A program made the translations under genes and the position numbers. A DNA stretch of 64,000 nucleotides, from the NCBI GenBank assembly GCA_002104945.1, contig MCFH01000001.1, forward strand, positions 2,232,001 through 2,296,000, given 5' to 3'. The notes under the pieces are model-generated. The model was not told where the DNA came from. It worked only from the letters and a program-made list of their open reading frames with translations, and ran no database searches. Source of the stretch: Piromyces finnis finn (taxonomy: Eukaryota > Fungi > Neocallimastigomycota). Of the stretch, positions 63,928 through 64,000 are shown in pieces (the stretch's first letter is position 1; each line of letters starts with the position of its first letter).

Positions 63928-64000
63928 AAACATTTTTCAACCTAAAATAATGAAAAAAAATCAAAAATTATATTTTGATAAATCATTTTGATTTATTAAA

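Overview
Very AT-rich, intron-containing eukaryotic DNA. Fungal non-catalytic dockerins, CBM1 modules, multi-domain GH11 xylanases and extremely AT-rich intergenic DNA point to an anaerobic gut fungus (Neocallimastigomycota); this is inference. In order, the window holds: (1) a tRNA-Ala-derived SINE-like retroposon with poly(A) tail and 17-bp target-site duplication; (2) a 3-exon TRIC/TMEM38-like channel gene; (3) a ~12.3-kb spaced palindrome carrying four near-identical, intronless O-acetylhomoserine sulfhydrylase (MET17/MetY-like) genes around a 2.1-kb spacer with a decayed LINE-type endonuclease, plus a fifth truncated copy; (4) three pectin methylesterase (CE8)-CBM1 genes with 3, 0 and 1 introns, interrupted by an ankyrin-repeat gene; (5) NEMF/Rqc2; (6) an endosomal-type syntaxin; (7) a large multi-exon membrane-protein gene on the minus strand; (8) a second poly(A)/TSD retroposon; (9) a 14-exon secreted LRR gene with one repeat per exon, mostly missed by the ORF track; (10) two intronless cellulosomal xylanase-deacetylase fusions, GH11-Doc3-GH11-CE4 and GH11-GH11-Doc2-GH11-CE4. 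Gene models, alignments and family calls were made by eye, with no database searches.
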